The position numbers and the translations under genes are program-made. DNA of 64,000 nucleotides, from the NCBI GenBank assembly GCA_951406725.2, contig OX597823.1:45632001-45696000 (forward strand). Reading direction: 5' to 3'. The stretch is from Octopus vulgaris. Taxonomy: Eukaryota. Shown here one piece after another: positions 1 to 10,447 of this stretch (positions are counted from its first letter, which is position 1; every line of letters starts with the position of its first letter). A model generated the notes under the pieces. That model had not been told where the DNA came from and searched no databases. It saw only the letters and a program-made list of their open reading frames with translations.

Positions 1-600
1 TTATCGGTCCAGCATTTGATGTGACAGCAGCTTATTCAGATTTATTTATGCTACTGCATCTTACATAAAACCCCCTTTTGTTTTCACTAAACCAGTCACT
101 ATCCTGCTCCAACGTTTTCACTGAAACCTCTCCTCTCAAAGCTATCCCTTCCTCCTTTAATCCAGCTGCAGTTGGTAAGTCACGCTCCTTGCCATTTCAC
201 CTCAGACCGTTGGAATACATTCATAAAGTACCACCTTTCATTCACAAAAATAGGAAGAGGGACTGTCGATAAATGCCTCTACTTCACGAATCGATAAGCA
301 GCGTTATCTCAGTGGAAAACATGTTAATAGCCCCTTTGAGAAATGATTTGATTCGTTGCCGGCTCCCATTGCAACACAGCTTACCGTACTGCTACTAAAT
401 CACCTTATGGATATCTCTCCATTAAGACGTGCTTATGGCTTCGTACCCGCATACCTATTTCATAAAAAAACTTACATATCCTGTCAGCCACTTGCTTTTA
501 TCCTTCTGACTGGGGCTAAGTGTTCCTCAACCTCCCTTTTTAGGTCATGCCAAGACGGAAGAGGTTCACCATTGGCCGAAATACTGCTAAAGCAGAAGAA
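1..600 (-). mobile_element. Possible decayed L1/Tx1-like LINE ORF2 fragment
   Basis: The minus strand gives short stretches (LRDNA.YRF-like, GLVKTK) reminiscent of Tx1-type ORF2. It has many stops, so support is weak. Confidence 0.3.
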
Positions 601-2514
601 TCAAGACGAAATCGAGCTTCAGAAACGTCGTTGGAGACTACCATCCGGCGCAGAGGCCAGTCAGCTGCTCAGGCAATGATCACGCTCGGATGGTGCTCTT
701 AGCACTCCACTAGCACGGATGCCAGTCATCGAATTTGATTTCGACTTCGATTTCAATTTCACTTGCCTCAACAGGTCTTCGCAGGCAGAGTTTAGTGTCC
801 AATGAAAGAAAGGTACGCATAATTGGACATATTGTATATATATCTATATATAAAGATATACATATCTACATATATGTATATATACATACATACATATATA
901 CACACAGACAGACACACACACACATACACGCGCACAAACATGCATGCACACATTGATAGATGTTTTTGTATGTATATGTGATTTTCTACACAAATGAAAA
1001 TATTAATATATAAATATATATTTGCTTTGGTATAAGATCTTGTTATTTATCTAAATGATGGAAGCGCTTCACTTCACTTACATCAACAATACCCAAAGGG
1101 AATGATCTGACGTCCACTATCCCTATGTTTCCCCACTCTTAAATAATTCAGGCTTTACAGGGAAATCGTTATCAATATATTTATTATTATTGAATCACTT
1201 ACCTTCACGACAGCGAGAAACAAACGATGAGACGAAAACCTTTTATTGGAGTTTAGTCAAGCATTTGTTTGCTTTACATGGTTTCTATGTGTAATGTTTG
1301 TATGTAGAGTTGTTATTTTTTTAAATATATTTTCAGATGATATGATAGCTGTAGAGTGAGTGAAGTCTCTGATCAACCAAGTCTTTGAAATAAATCTCTA
1401 TTTATGAATTGATTACAGCACCTTTTGATATAAGTAAATATGCATACATAAACAGACACACCCATGTACAAGATCAGATTAAAACTGACTGATGTTCTAA
1501 GCACTAATCTCAGCTTTCCATTGTCTAACTGGCAGTAAAGCATCAGAAGTGTTAAATGTGAAATATTATATTAAATTTTGGTTTTCCATAAGCTACTTCC
1601 CCAAGTCAGACCCCACAAATGCATTAAATATAGCCTGTATTTTAAATTCAGATATTTAACACAAATAGCAGTAAGCAATATAAGCAAGTTATCTAATTAT
1701 TACAAAGACATTAGGAAAAAAAGCAAATGTTCAAAAATTAGTCTTAAAAAAAATTGTCATACTCTATTTTCACCATTGTAAATCTGGCCCCGGACTAAGC
1801 AGACTAACACAGACAAGATGGAAGAAATTTATGTAAGTGCTTTCATTGTCTTCAGCATTTCAAACACACATCGTACAGGGTAATTCACACTAGTAATTGC
1901 GTTTGGTAGTGGTTGTGACCATTTTCAATTTAGGTTGTGATTGAAATCTTTATAAAGTATTCTTCTGCATTTTGTAATTGACAATTTCTTTGTATTGTTT
2001 TGCTAAAAAATGAAACATCTCTTATAGATAAATCCTTGATTTGTTGTTTATATACTCTGATTTCATCTATTAATCTTGTTCCTGTATGACTAATATAGTT
2101 CTCATTGCATTGTGGATACATACATGCAGTAAATGAGATTTTTTTTTTGCAGTTTATATTTGCATTAATCTGAAATTCTTACCCATTCTTAAACATTTTC
2201 ATTGTACCCCGTTCAATGAAATCACATTACTACAAAGTTTCTCACATTTTGTTTTCTGTTTCATCCCTCCCAATGTGAATTTCAATTTTACTAAGAGTTT
2301 TTTAAGATTAGATGCTTGTCTTCACTTGTTAACAATTTGTGACACTTTAATGACTTTCCTTAGATTTGATGGTTCATGTAGAATTGAATAATATCATTTG
2401 GCTGAAGGTAAGATGATGTGGTTTCTCAGACTCAGTGTGACTACATATGGAATATTTCTGTCTGGGTTTTTCTCCTCGTTGTGAGAGTTTCTTTGGGATT
2501 TGCTTTGCTATTGT

Positions 2515-2925
2515 TATTCTTTTATTCTTTTATTTATTTCAGTCACTTGACTGTGGCCATGCTGGAGCACCGCCTTTAGTTGAACATATGAACCCCAGGA
2601 CATATTTTTGTTGGCCTAATACTTATTCTATTGGTCTCTTTTTGCCGAACTGCTAAGTTACGGGGACGTAAACACACCAATAGCAGTTGTCAAGCGATGG
2701 TGAGGGGACAAACACAGACACACACAGACACAGACACACACAGACACAGACACAGATACGCACACACATGACGGGCTTCTTTTAGTTTCCATCTACCAAA
2801 TCCACTTACAAGGCTTTGGTCGGCTTGAGGCTATAGTGGAAGACACTCACCCAAAGTGCGATGCAATGGGACTGAACCCGGAGCTATGTGGCTGGCAAGC
2901 AAGCTGCTTACCACACAACCACTCT
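2515..2925 (-). mobile_element. SINE family A (tRNA-derived head, internal CA/TA microsatellite)
   Basis: Reverse complement of the copy at 8340-8750, from head GAGTGGTTGTGTGGTAAG to tail ..GGCGGTGCTCCAGCATGGCC. Confidence 0.9.
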
Positions 2926-3109
2926 TTTAGCTATTTTTGTTTCTGGTATAATACATTTAGTTCCACCACCTCTCTCTCTCTCATTTACTTGAATCTATAA
3001 TTATTGCACACGTATGTCTTGCTATATTAAACGAGATATTTCTTTTAGAATGAGAAACTAAAAGTAGTAGAAGTCATATATGCCTTAATTATCAAAATGT
3101 TTGTCCAGC

Positions 3110-3265
3110 AACATCGCTGTTGGTGTGTTTACATTCCTGTAACTTAGCAGACCAACAAAAGAGAATTAGAGACTAGAATAAGTACCAGACTTAAAACAAT
3201 ATGTACTGGGGTTGATTCATTTGAGTAAAAGTTCTTCAAGGCAGTACACCTGTTTGGTCACAGTC
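3110..3265 (+). mobile_element. SINE family A, degenerate 3' half
   Basis: GGTGTGTTTAC..AGAATAAGTACCAG matches the family A 3' half. It ends where the LTR begins. Confidence 0.6.
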
Positions 3266-4545
3266 TGTTGTGGAAGGATCCTGACCACTCCCAAATTGTT
3301 GTTATAAAACAAAGAACTGTTAGCTATTGGTGTTCAGGTTAGTAAGCAGTTCACCGCGAGCCTCTGATATAGAATATTGAGTTTCGTGTAATAGTAATTG
3401 TAATGCATCGTGTATATACTTTTTCCCCACTGCTTCGTTATTATATCATGTATCCAATACAAGTATATAAAAGTGGTGACGAGTTGTTTGAAGATTGCGT
3501 TGGGTGTTTAAAACTTTTTTTTGATACGAAACCAAAGAAAAATTCGTTTAACATGGAGAACTTATTGGCCTCTGTGGTGCAGTTGCAACAGCAACTACAG
3601 CAACATCAGTTACAGCAGCAATTGTAGCAGCAACTACAGCAGCAACAACAAGAACAAAACCAACAGTTGCTGGAATTAATGTTGAAGGAGTCTGAAAATA
3701 CTTCAGGTTCGTATTCACCAGACAGCGTAGCAAACTCAACTGAAGAATTCAGAAGAAGGTACTACCTTCTCTGCATATTTTCGGAGATATGAAGAAATCT
3801 TCAAAGAAGATTGTAAACGTTGGTCCGACGAGAAAGAAGTACGACTGCTTTTAAGAAAGTTATCCCCTGCCAAACACGAAAAATATAGTAATTATATTCT
3901 GCTGATGAAGCCAGGCGATATATGTTTCGATGAAACAACTAATATTTTATTGAATATTTTCTGTGAAAGAAGTTCCCTGTTCAATATTCGCAGGCAATGT
4001 TTAAATTTGGTCAAAAAAGATGATGAAAACTTCATCACCTTTGCTGGAATGGTTAAGAGAGAGTGTGAGAAGTTCAAATTGAATGAGTTATCTTCAGATA
4101 TGTTCAAGTCTTTAAATTTTGTTCAAGGGCTTACTGCAAACAAAGATGCAGATATACGTTCCTGGATATTAACAAAACTAGAACAGGACCAAAATTTAAC
4201 TCTCCAGGAAGTAGCAGAAGAATATCAGAGTATTATTAATTTACGATATGACGCAAATAAGATTGAAGAAAACGATTGTTCTCAGATTCAGGCATGTCGA
4301 CTGGTAACGAATAAGAAAAAGTGAAAAAAATATTAAGACTGCATCCATGTTATGGGTGCGGTGGTCTACATTTTTAAAATAACTGTCCGTTTAGAAATAT
4401 AATGCTACAAGTGTGGTGAAATAGGCTCTAAAAAGTTGCATTGTAGGACAGAACCTAAAAACAGTTCAATTGGCTTCACTCTGCGTGCTTTAGCTTTGTT
4501 ACTGTGGCAACAGTCCGGATACTAATTGATCAGACATCGTGTGTA
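3266..4545 (+). mobile_element. Ty3/Gypsy LTR retrotransposon 5' part: LTR, PBS and decayed gag
   Basis: TGTTG start at 3266 and PBS-like TGGTGACGAG at 3474. Gag runs from the ATG at 3553 (Q-rich N-terminus, FRRYEEIF..RLLLRKL, ERSSLFNIRRQCLNL, FVQGL). Two Cys/His knuckle relics (CYGCGGLH, CYKCG) lie near 4345-4445. Stops and frameshifts are present. Confidence 0.85.
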
Positions 4546-4554
4546 TATATATAT

Positions 4555-5150
4555 AGGGATAGAAATAAACGGAATAGTACCGGTCTCAGCAAACTGATTT
4601 GGAATTTAAAAGACCACAATGAACAATTTCATTTGGAATGGTTGATCCTCTCAATTTCGATACCATATGACAAAGGCAAGAAATTCTGTCTTCTCTGCAA
4701 TTCTGAGCTATTTTTCATTATTTTTTCTAAAAATACTCTAGTAAACACGGTTATAGAACGAGCATACAGATGTAAGCATTGGCAAAAACATACTTTTAGT
4801 GCATATAAGTAGTCTCTATCCTTATATATAGTTTAGACTTTAATTTCCTTTATATTTAACATTCACTATTAATATCCCTACTCTTTCTGTTAACTACTTA
4901 TGACGTTATATCATATAACGTTTTTTTTAAACAATATTAATAGCGTTCTGTCTATCGCTATACGAATCTATCATTTTTTGCTAAAATGTCGTATTGACAA
5001 GTTTCGTTTTTTCACTTTCCCGAAGAGAAGATTGCATTGTTTATACCCTTTATTCTTTTGAATAAGTATCAGTGGAATTTTTGAAACATATGTAGAAAGA
5101 AAAAAATACTTGTTTAAACCTGCGTTAACTCCATTTTTTATTCCTATATA
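4555..5150 (+). mobile_element. Penelope-like element 3' fragment (GIY-YIG endonuclease C-terminus plus 3' UTR/pLTR), Naiad-like
   Basis: ORF 4504-4812 has STGLSKLIWNLKD..W.IL..PY..G.KFCLLC..E..RCKH, a typical PLE endonuclease tail. It is bounded by TA repeats and has a hammerhead in the UTR. Confidence 0.8.
5015..5099 (+). ncRNA. Type-I hammerhead ribozyme relic
   Basis: Stem I ctttc/gaaag; core CCGAAGA (U4C); long imperfect stem II aagattgcattg/cagtggaattttt; GAAA; palindromic CATATG; UA cleavage site. Confidence 0.75.
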
Positions 5151-5248
5151 TATATTATATAGTTGAAATTTGCAGAAAAACAAAAGACAAAGATAGGTGT
5201 ATAAACAACAAGCAGGTGTATTAGTTTGACGTTCGGGAAGGTGTGAAA

Positions 5249-5288
5249 GTCTTTTACGTTTCGAGCCTATGCTCTTCAACAGAAACGA
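5249..5288 (-). ncRNA. Minimal hammerhead ribozyme-like motif in a PLE-type pLTR fragment (5160-5340)
   Basis: Minus strand reads gttt CTGTTGA A GAGC-atag-GCTC GAAA CG TA aaagac. Stem II is perfect, ACGT is palindromic, and the core has an A6U deviation. Confidence 0.6.
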
Positions 5289-5361
5289 ACACGAGGAAAT
5301 AAACAGGGAATAAAACAAACTTTTGGAATTAGCGGTCACTCATGTGTGTGTGTGTGTGTAT

Positions 5362-7685
5362 CAGTGGCAACTCCGGTACTTGGGCTATTCGGGCATCGCC
5401 CGAGTATAAATTTAGCAAAGTGAACGTGTATTTGCAAGCTAATTCAATTTCTACCAACATTGACTTCAAGTATGTAATTACAGCCTGGTCGCAGTTCATT
5501 TATTTTCGTTCATTATCTGGCGGTCGTCTCAGAGGTGTCCTGTGTCAAAAAAATATCATTCGTAGCAGACGTTCTTTCGATATCGTTCACACGCGCCTGA
5601 CTCGGGTTCAGAAGTTACAGCCCGAGTTGTTATCTATAATCGCAAAAATTAAAAGTAATTCAAATTCAATGTTTTCTTGAAACAATTAATTTCTATAGAG
5701 ATTCAACTTTGCCAATAGATTGTCTGTTTGACAAAGTGTATTTTCATCCTACTTTTCACTAGAGCTTAGGATACTTGTGAAGGCATTTTTCAAATTTTCA
5801 TGCAACAGTTTTATGGATGACACAGTTCTTGACCTATAGCACCATCTTGTTTCGCACAATGATGGAATACTGACATTAAACTGCCTGCAACCGTTTTTCT
5901 GCTTAGTACTGGAAGATGTAAATTTACTAAATGTGCGTAAATGAGAAAAAATCACTTTTACTCCACTCACCTTCTCGGCACTTTCACTCAAAATTAAGTT
6001 AAGTTTATGCGCATAGCAGGGAATGAAGTGCGTGTGTTTAAATCCTTTATCCCTTAGCTTGCTCAGTACTCCATTTAGCATTCCTGCCATTACAGCTGCT
6101 CCGTATTAAGTCTGGCTCATTTATCTATAGTGTTACTGAAGGAGTTCAATGCAGGTGCGATCACATCAGCCAGTCTTGTACCACTTTTATCATCACTGAC
6201 TTCACAGAATCTAAGAAATCGTCGACATGTTTTGTCTTCATATACATATCTTATTATGATCAACAGTTGGGTATGCATTGCACAGTCTGTAGTTTTGTAG
6301 GCTTGTACAGACATAAACGGAGCTTTATCAACTTCGCTCCTAATTTCATCAGAGATGACATTTCCAATGGCTTGTATTAGGTCATTTTGTATTGTGCTTG
6401 AAACTCCTGGAAACTGTTTTAAACCTTCTTTAGCAAAAGATCTAGAAGCAAACACGCTGTTGATCTCAGCAAAGCACCGCAATTGATCACGGTAATTTCC
6501 TCTATTAAGAGATTCCTTCATCATGTCTACGTAAAGGCAACTCTTGTTTTCACAGGTATAACACCACATTTATTAACTGCTTTAAATATTGTCCATTTTC
6601 TTCAGCTGCTTTGTTGTACCGTTCTTTTTCCAGTTTAGCAGACTTACAAATATATTTCTTTACTACCCACAAGGGGCTACACACAGAGGGGACAAACAAG
6701 GACAGACAAACGGATTACGTCGACCCCCAGTGCGTAACTGGTACTTAATTTATCGACCCCGAAAGGATGAAAGGCGAAGTCGACCTCGGCGGAATTTGAA
6801 CTCAGAACGTAACGGCAGACGAAATACAGCTACGCATTTCGCCCAGCGTGCTAACGATTCTGCCAGCTCGCCAGCTGTCACAATATCGTAGTCCGAAAGT
6901 TTTCAAGTTTTTATAACTACTTAAATGATTCACTGATTTACTGTGATGCTTAACGGTCACTCAGAATGTTTTTATAATTATTTTCCCCTCCATCTGTCCA
7001 TGACTGATTAGCTTTTGGTTGAAACAACAAACATGGCCTGCAGTAGAGTTTCTCTGTATCGCTATTTGCACAAAGCCAATCAATCTGTTCATATCGTTCT
7101 ATCTGGAATGTTTAAGTTCCAACTTTCGTTTTCAATGAAGGAGTTGGCTTGCCTGCTCGAAGAATTTCACATTTTCCCGCAATATTTCTAGCCGAAATGG
7201 CATGTTTTTTTTTATATCTAGCACTATGTCTTTCTCCATTTTGAAGTTAAGGGTAAAAATAAAGCAATCCTGCGAAGCACAACTGATCTTTACATATTGA
7301 TGCACAGAATAATAGCAATTAAATAACGACAACGGAATGCACAATCTGACTGTCACCTGTATACTTGACAAGAGATGCCAGTTAGTCTTTTACGCTTACA
7401 GGCTCGTTCGTATTAGCCCGAGTTGTTGGATAACTTTTCATTCCTTTAAGAGTATTGTAGAACGGAAACTTTTCATAGATTGGAATTTAAATCCTAATCT
7501 CTATAGAAATTTATTGTTTCAAGAAAACTTTGAATTTGAATTGCTTTTAATTTTTATGATTATAGATAACAACTTGGGCTATAACTTCTGAGCCCGAGTT
7601 ATTGGCTGCAATTACATACTTGAAGTTAGTGCTGGCAGAAAATGAATCAGCTTGAAAATACATGGTGACTTTATTAAATTTTATA
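5362..7685 (-). mobile_element. Decayed hAT transposon (ZMYM1-like transposase) with long imperfect terminal inverted repeats
   Basis: ORFs 6117-6569 and 5749-6090 (SSTIQNDLIQAI, QLLIIIRYV, MAGMLNGV, CYAHKLNLIL, LCETRW). CAGTGGC terminus at 5362. Segments of 5405-5705 are inverted copies of 7495-7685. Confidence 0.9.
6654..6872 (-). mobile_element. SINE family B (Nin/Deu-like central domain) inserted in the hAT
   Basis: Reverse complement of GGCGAGCTGGCAGAATCGTTAGC..GCCTTTCATCCTTTCGGGGTCGATAAATTAAGTACCAG..AAAGAAATA. Confidence 0.9.
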
Positions 7686-7863
7686 ATCTGGCTAGGCGCT
7701 GGCCAGGTCGGAGCAATCTCAAGATTAATCTGCCGAAATTGCGAAGATGATCCGGTTCTTGACTGAAGTTTGAAGGCTTCAAATGTCCCGTCCGTGTTTT
7801 TTGTGTCGTCTTCTAATGTTTCACGTCCTTGACCCAGTTAGTATTTTTTAAAACTTTTACACA

Positions 7864-7915
<52 letters not shown>

Positions 7916-7921
7916 ATATAT

Positions 7922-7976
<55 letters not shown>

Positions 7977-8335
7977 TGTCCCTACCTAATTCTTTTACTC
8001 CTCTGCCTACACCTCTCTCCTCTCCTTCCAGGTGACAGGTGTTCCGCCAAGCCTGACTTTTCTTTCTTGGTTCGATTACCATCCGTATAGCATCTCTCAC
8101 ATTCCTTTCCATGACCTTCAGCTCTCATGCCCCTGCCGTAAGGCTTCACTTCCACACATGCCAGCTTAATTTAATTCGTCCTTAGACGAAAGATACCTGT
8201 TGTTAATGTCCTGTTGTTTGTATTTGTACTCGTGCACCAGTTCTCTGCTTTGCTGTCCATTTTTGTATCGTCTAACTGTCCAGATGTTTTATTGTCGCCT
8301 GTTATGTTATTGTTCCATATTTTGTTTTCTTATAT
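7686..8335 (+). mobile_element. PLE pLTR-like repeat fragments in CA/TA microsatellites
   Basis: 7700-7800 and 8120-8320 align with the reverse complement of 17065-17153 and 17290-17390. A CTGAAG..gaaggcttc relic is present. Confidence 0.5.
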
Positions 8336-8339
8336 ATAA

Positions 8340-8750
8340 GGCGCAGGAGTGGCTGTGTGGTAAGTAGCTTGCTAACCAACCACATGGTTCCGGGTTCAGT
8401 CCCACTGCGTGGCATCTTGGGCAAGTGTCTTCTGCTATAACCCCGGGCCGACCAATGCCTTGTAAGTGGATTTGGTAGACGGAAACTGAGAGAAGCCTGT
8501 CGTATATATGTATATGTATATGTGTGTGTGTGTTTGTGTATCTATGTTTGTCCCCCTAGCATTGCTTGACAACCGATGCTGGTGTGTTTACGTCCCCGTC
8601 ACCTAGCGGTTCGGCAAAAGAGACCGATAGAATAAGTACTGGGCTTACAAAGAAAAAGTCCTGGGGTCGATTTGCTCGACTAAAGGCGGTGCTCCAGCAT
8701 GGCCGCAGTCAAAATGACTGAAACAAGTAAAAGAGTAAAAGAGTAAAGAG
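8340..8750 (+). mobile_element. SINE family A, full length
   Basis: A-box GTGGCTGTGTGGT, B-box GGTTCAGTCCC, internal TA/TG repeat and a GAGTAAAA-type tail. Confidence 0.92.
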
Positions 8751-8780
8751 TATATATATAGATAGATAGATATAGATATA

Positions 8781-9137
8781 TTGTATTTCGGGATGGTAAT
8801 TCTTTTTGCCAAATAAACACACGCGCTATATATTTTTTCTTTACTCGTTTATTAATGTTCTTGTTTTATTGTTTTAACTCATATCCATTGTCTGGAAATC
8901 TTTTATCGCACATCTGTGACCACTTCAGCAGCAGTTAGAAGAACAAAATGGAGTAAGTGGAGCAAGAAGACACACAAAAACGAAAAGTATCGCTGAAGAG
9001 GTCACAGATGTGTGACGAAAGATTTCCGGGCAATGGACGTGATGTAAATAAGGAGAGTAATAAACGGGTCAAGAAAAATATATAGTGCGTGTGTTTATTT
9101 GCCCCCCCCCCTCCAAAATGACCGTCCCGAAATACAA
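8781..9137. repeat. Fold-back element with hammerhead motifs at the inner ends of both arms
   Basis: Arms 8781-8931 and 8990-9137 are imperfect reverse complements, flanked by TA repeats. Confidence 0.85.
8990..9029 (+). ncRNA. Minimal hammerhead ribozyme
   Basis: tcg CTGAAGA G GTCACA-gatg-TGTGAC GAAA GATT TC cgg. A decayed antisense copy lies at 8892-8931. Confidence 0.7.
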
Positions 9138-9149
9138 CAAATTAATAAA

Positions 9150-9151
<2 letters not shown>

Positions 9152-9196
<45 letters not shown>

Positions 9197-9214
9197 ATAT
9201 TATATATATCTATA

Positions 9215-9282
<68 letters not shown>
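9152..9282. repeat. (TA)n microsatellite
   Basis: Direct reading. Confidence 0.97.
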
Positions 9283-9284
<2 letters not shown>

Positions 9285-10039
9285 CATACTTGAAAGAAGA
9301 TGACGTGGGCGTTCGATCATATAATAACAATTTAATAGATAAAACATATGCATACATACATGCATATATGTACATACCTACATCTATATGTATATATACA
9401 TGCATATATGGGTACAGGACACTACAAATAAACGAAGAACACAACGAGAATCGAAAACATAAAAACAAAACAAGGAAACGGACTTTTTTTAACAACAAAA
9501 AAAACAGAGTACGAGACAACCAACACAAGGAACATTCCCCTTCTTCAGCTGCCCCTCTTTCGACTCATTGCGTGTTTCACACAGATATATTACTATAGAC
9601 ACATTATATATATTATATTGGGCTGCTTTGGAACTCAGATTTGTGCCCCTTTGAAAAGTTAAACTATTGTAATATCTATTCTTTTCAAGTCAATTCGCAA
9701 CAGAAAAAGAAAAGCTATGTGTTTAATACGGCAATAAGAGTAGTCTCCCTTGCACCAATTTATAGTTGGATTCCACGTAAGTTTCTAAGACACAACAAAC
9801 AATTTTCGGTTTTTGGAAAATGAGATTTGTCAATCACTGTACATATATATTTTTCCGCTGTCTACATTAGTGGTGCAGTCATTTGGGAAATTATAAGTTT
9901 CAAAGTAGAAAACAATAACAACGAAAACAAACAAAGGAAAACAAATGACAACATACAACCAATTAGAAAAATAGCGAAAATTTGCATAACGTCTTAAGGA
10001 CACGCACACCGAAGACACCCGCATATATACTTATTAAGT

Positions 10040-10250
10040 TTTTTTTACTTGTTTCAGTCATTAAACTGCGGTCATGCCGGGCCATCACCTTGAATTTTTA
10101 GTTGAATGAATTGACCCCAGCACTTCTTTTTCAAGCCTGATACTTATTCTATAACATCATTTTGCCGAACCGCTGGTTTACTTGGAAGCAAACATACCAA
10201 CACTTATTGTCAAGCGATGGTGCTTGGACAAACATAGATACAAAGGCACA
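10040..10250 (-). mobile_element. SINE family A, 3' half
   Basis: Reverse complement of the family A tail, degenerate. Confidence 0.75.
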
Positions 10251-10276
10251 TCCTTGTTGCTTATTTTGATTATATA

Positions 10277-10414
<138 letters not shown>

Positions 10415-10447
10415 GTATATATATAGACATATACATATATATATATA

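Noticed and set aside
9530-9585. CTGAAGA and GAAACACG on the minus strand
   Set aside because: The order and pairing do not give a complete hammerhead; it is at most a truncated pLTR.
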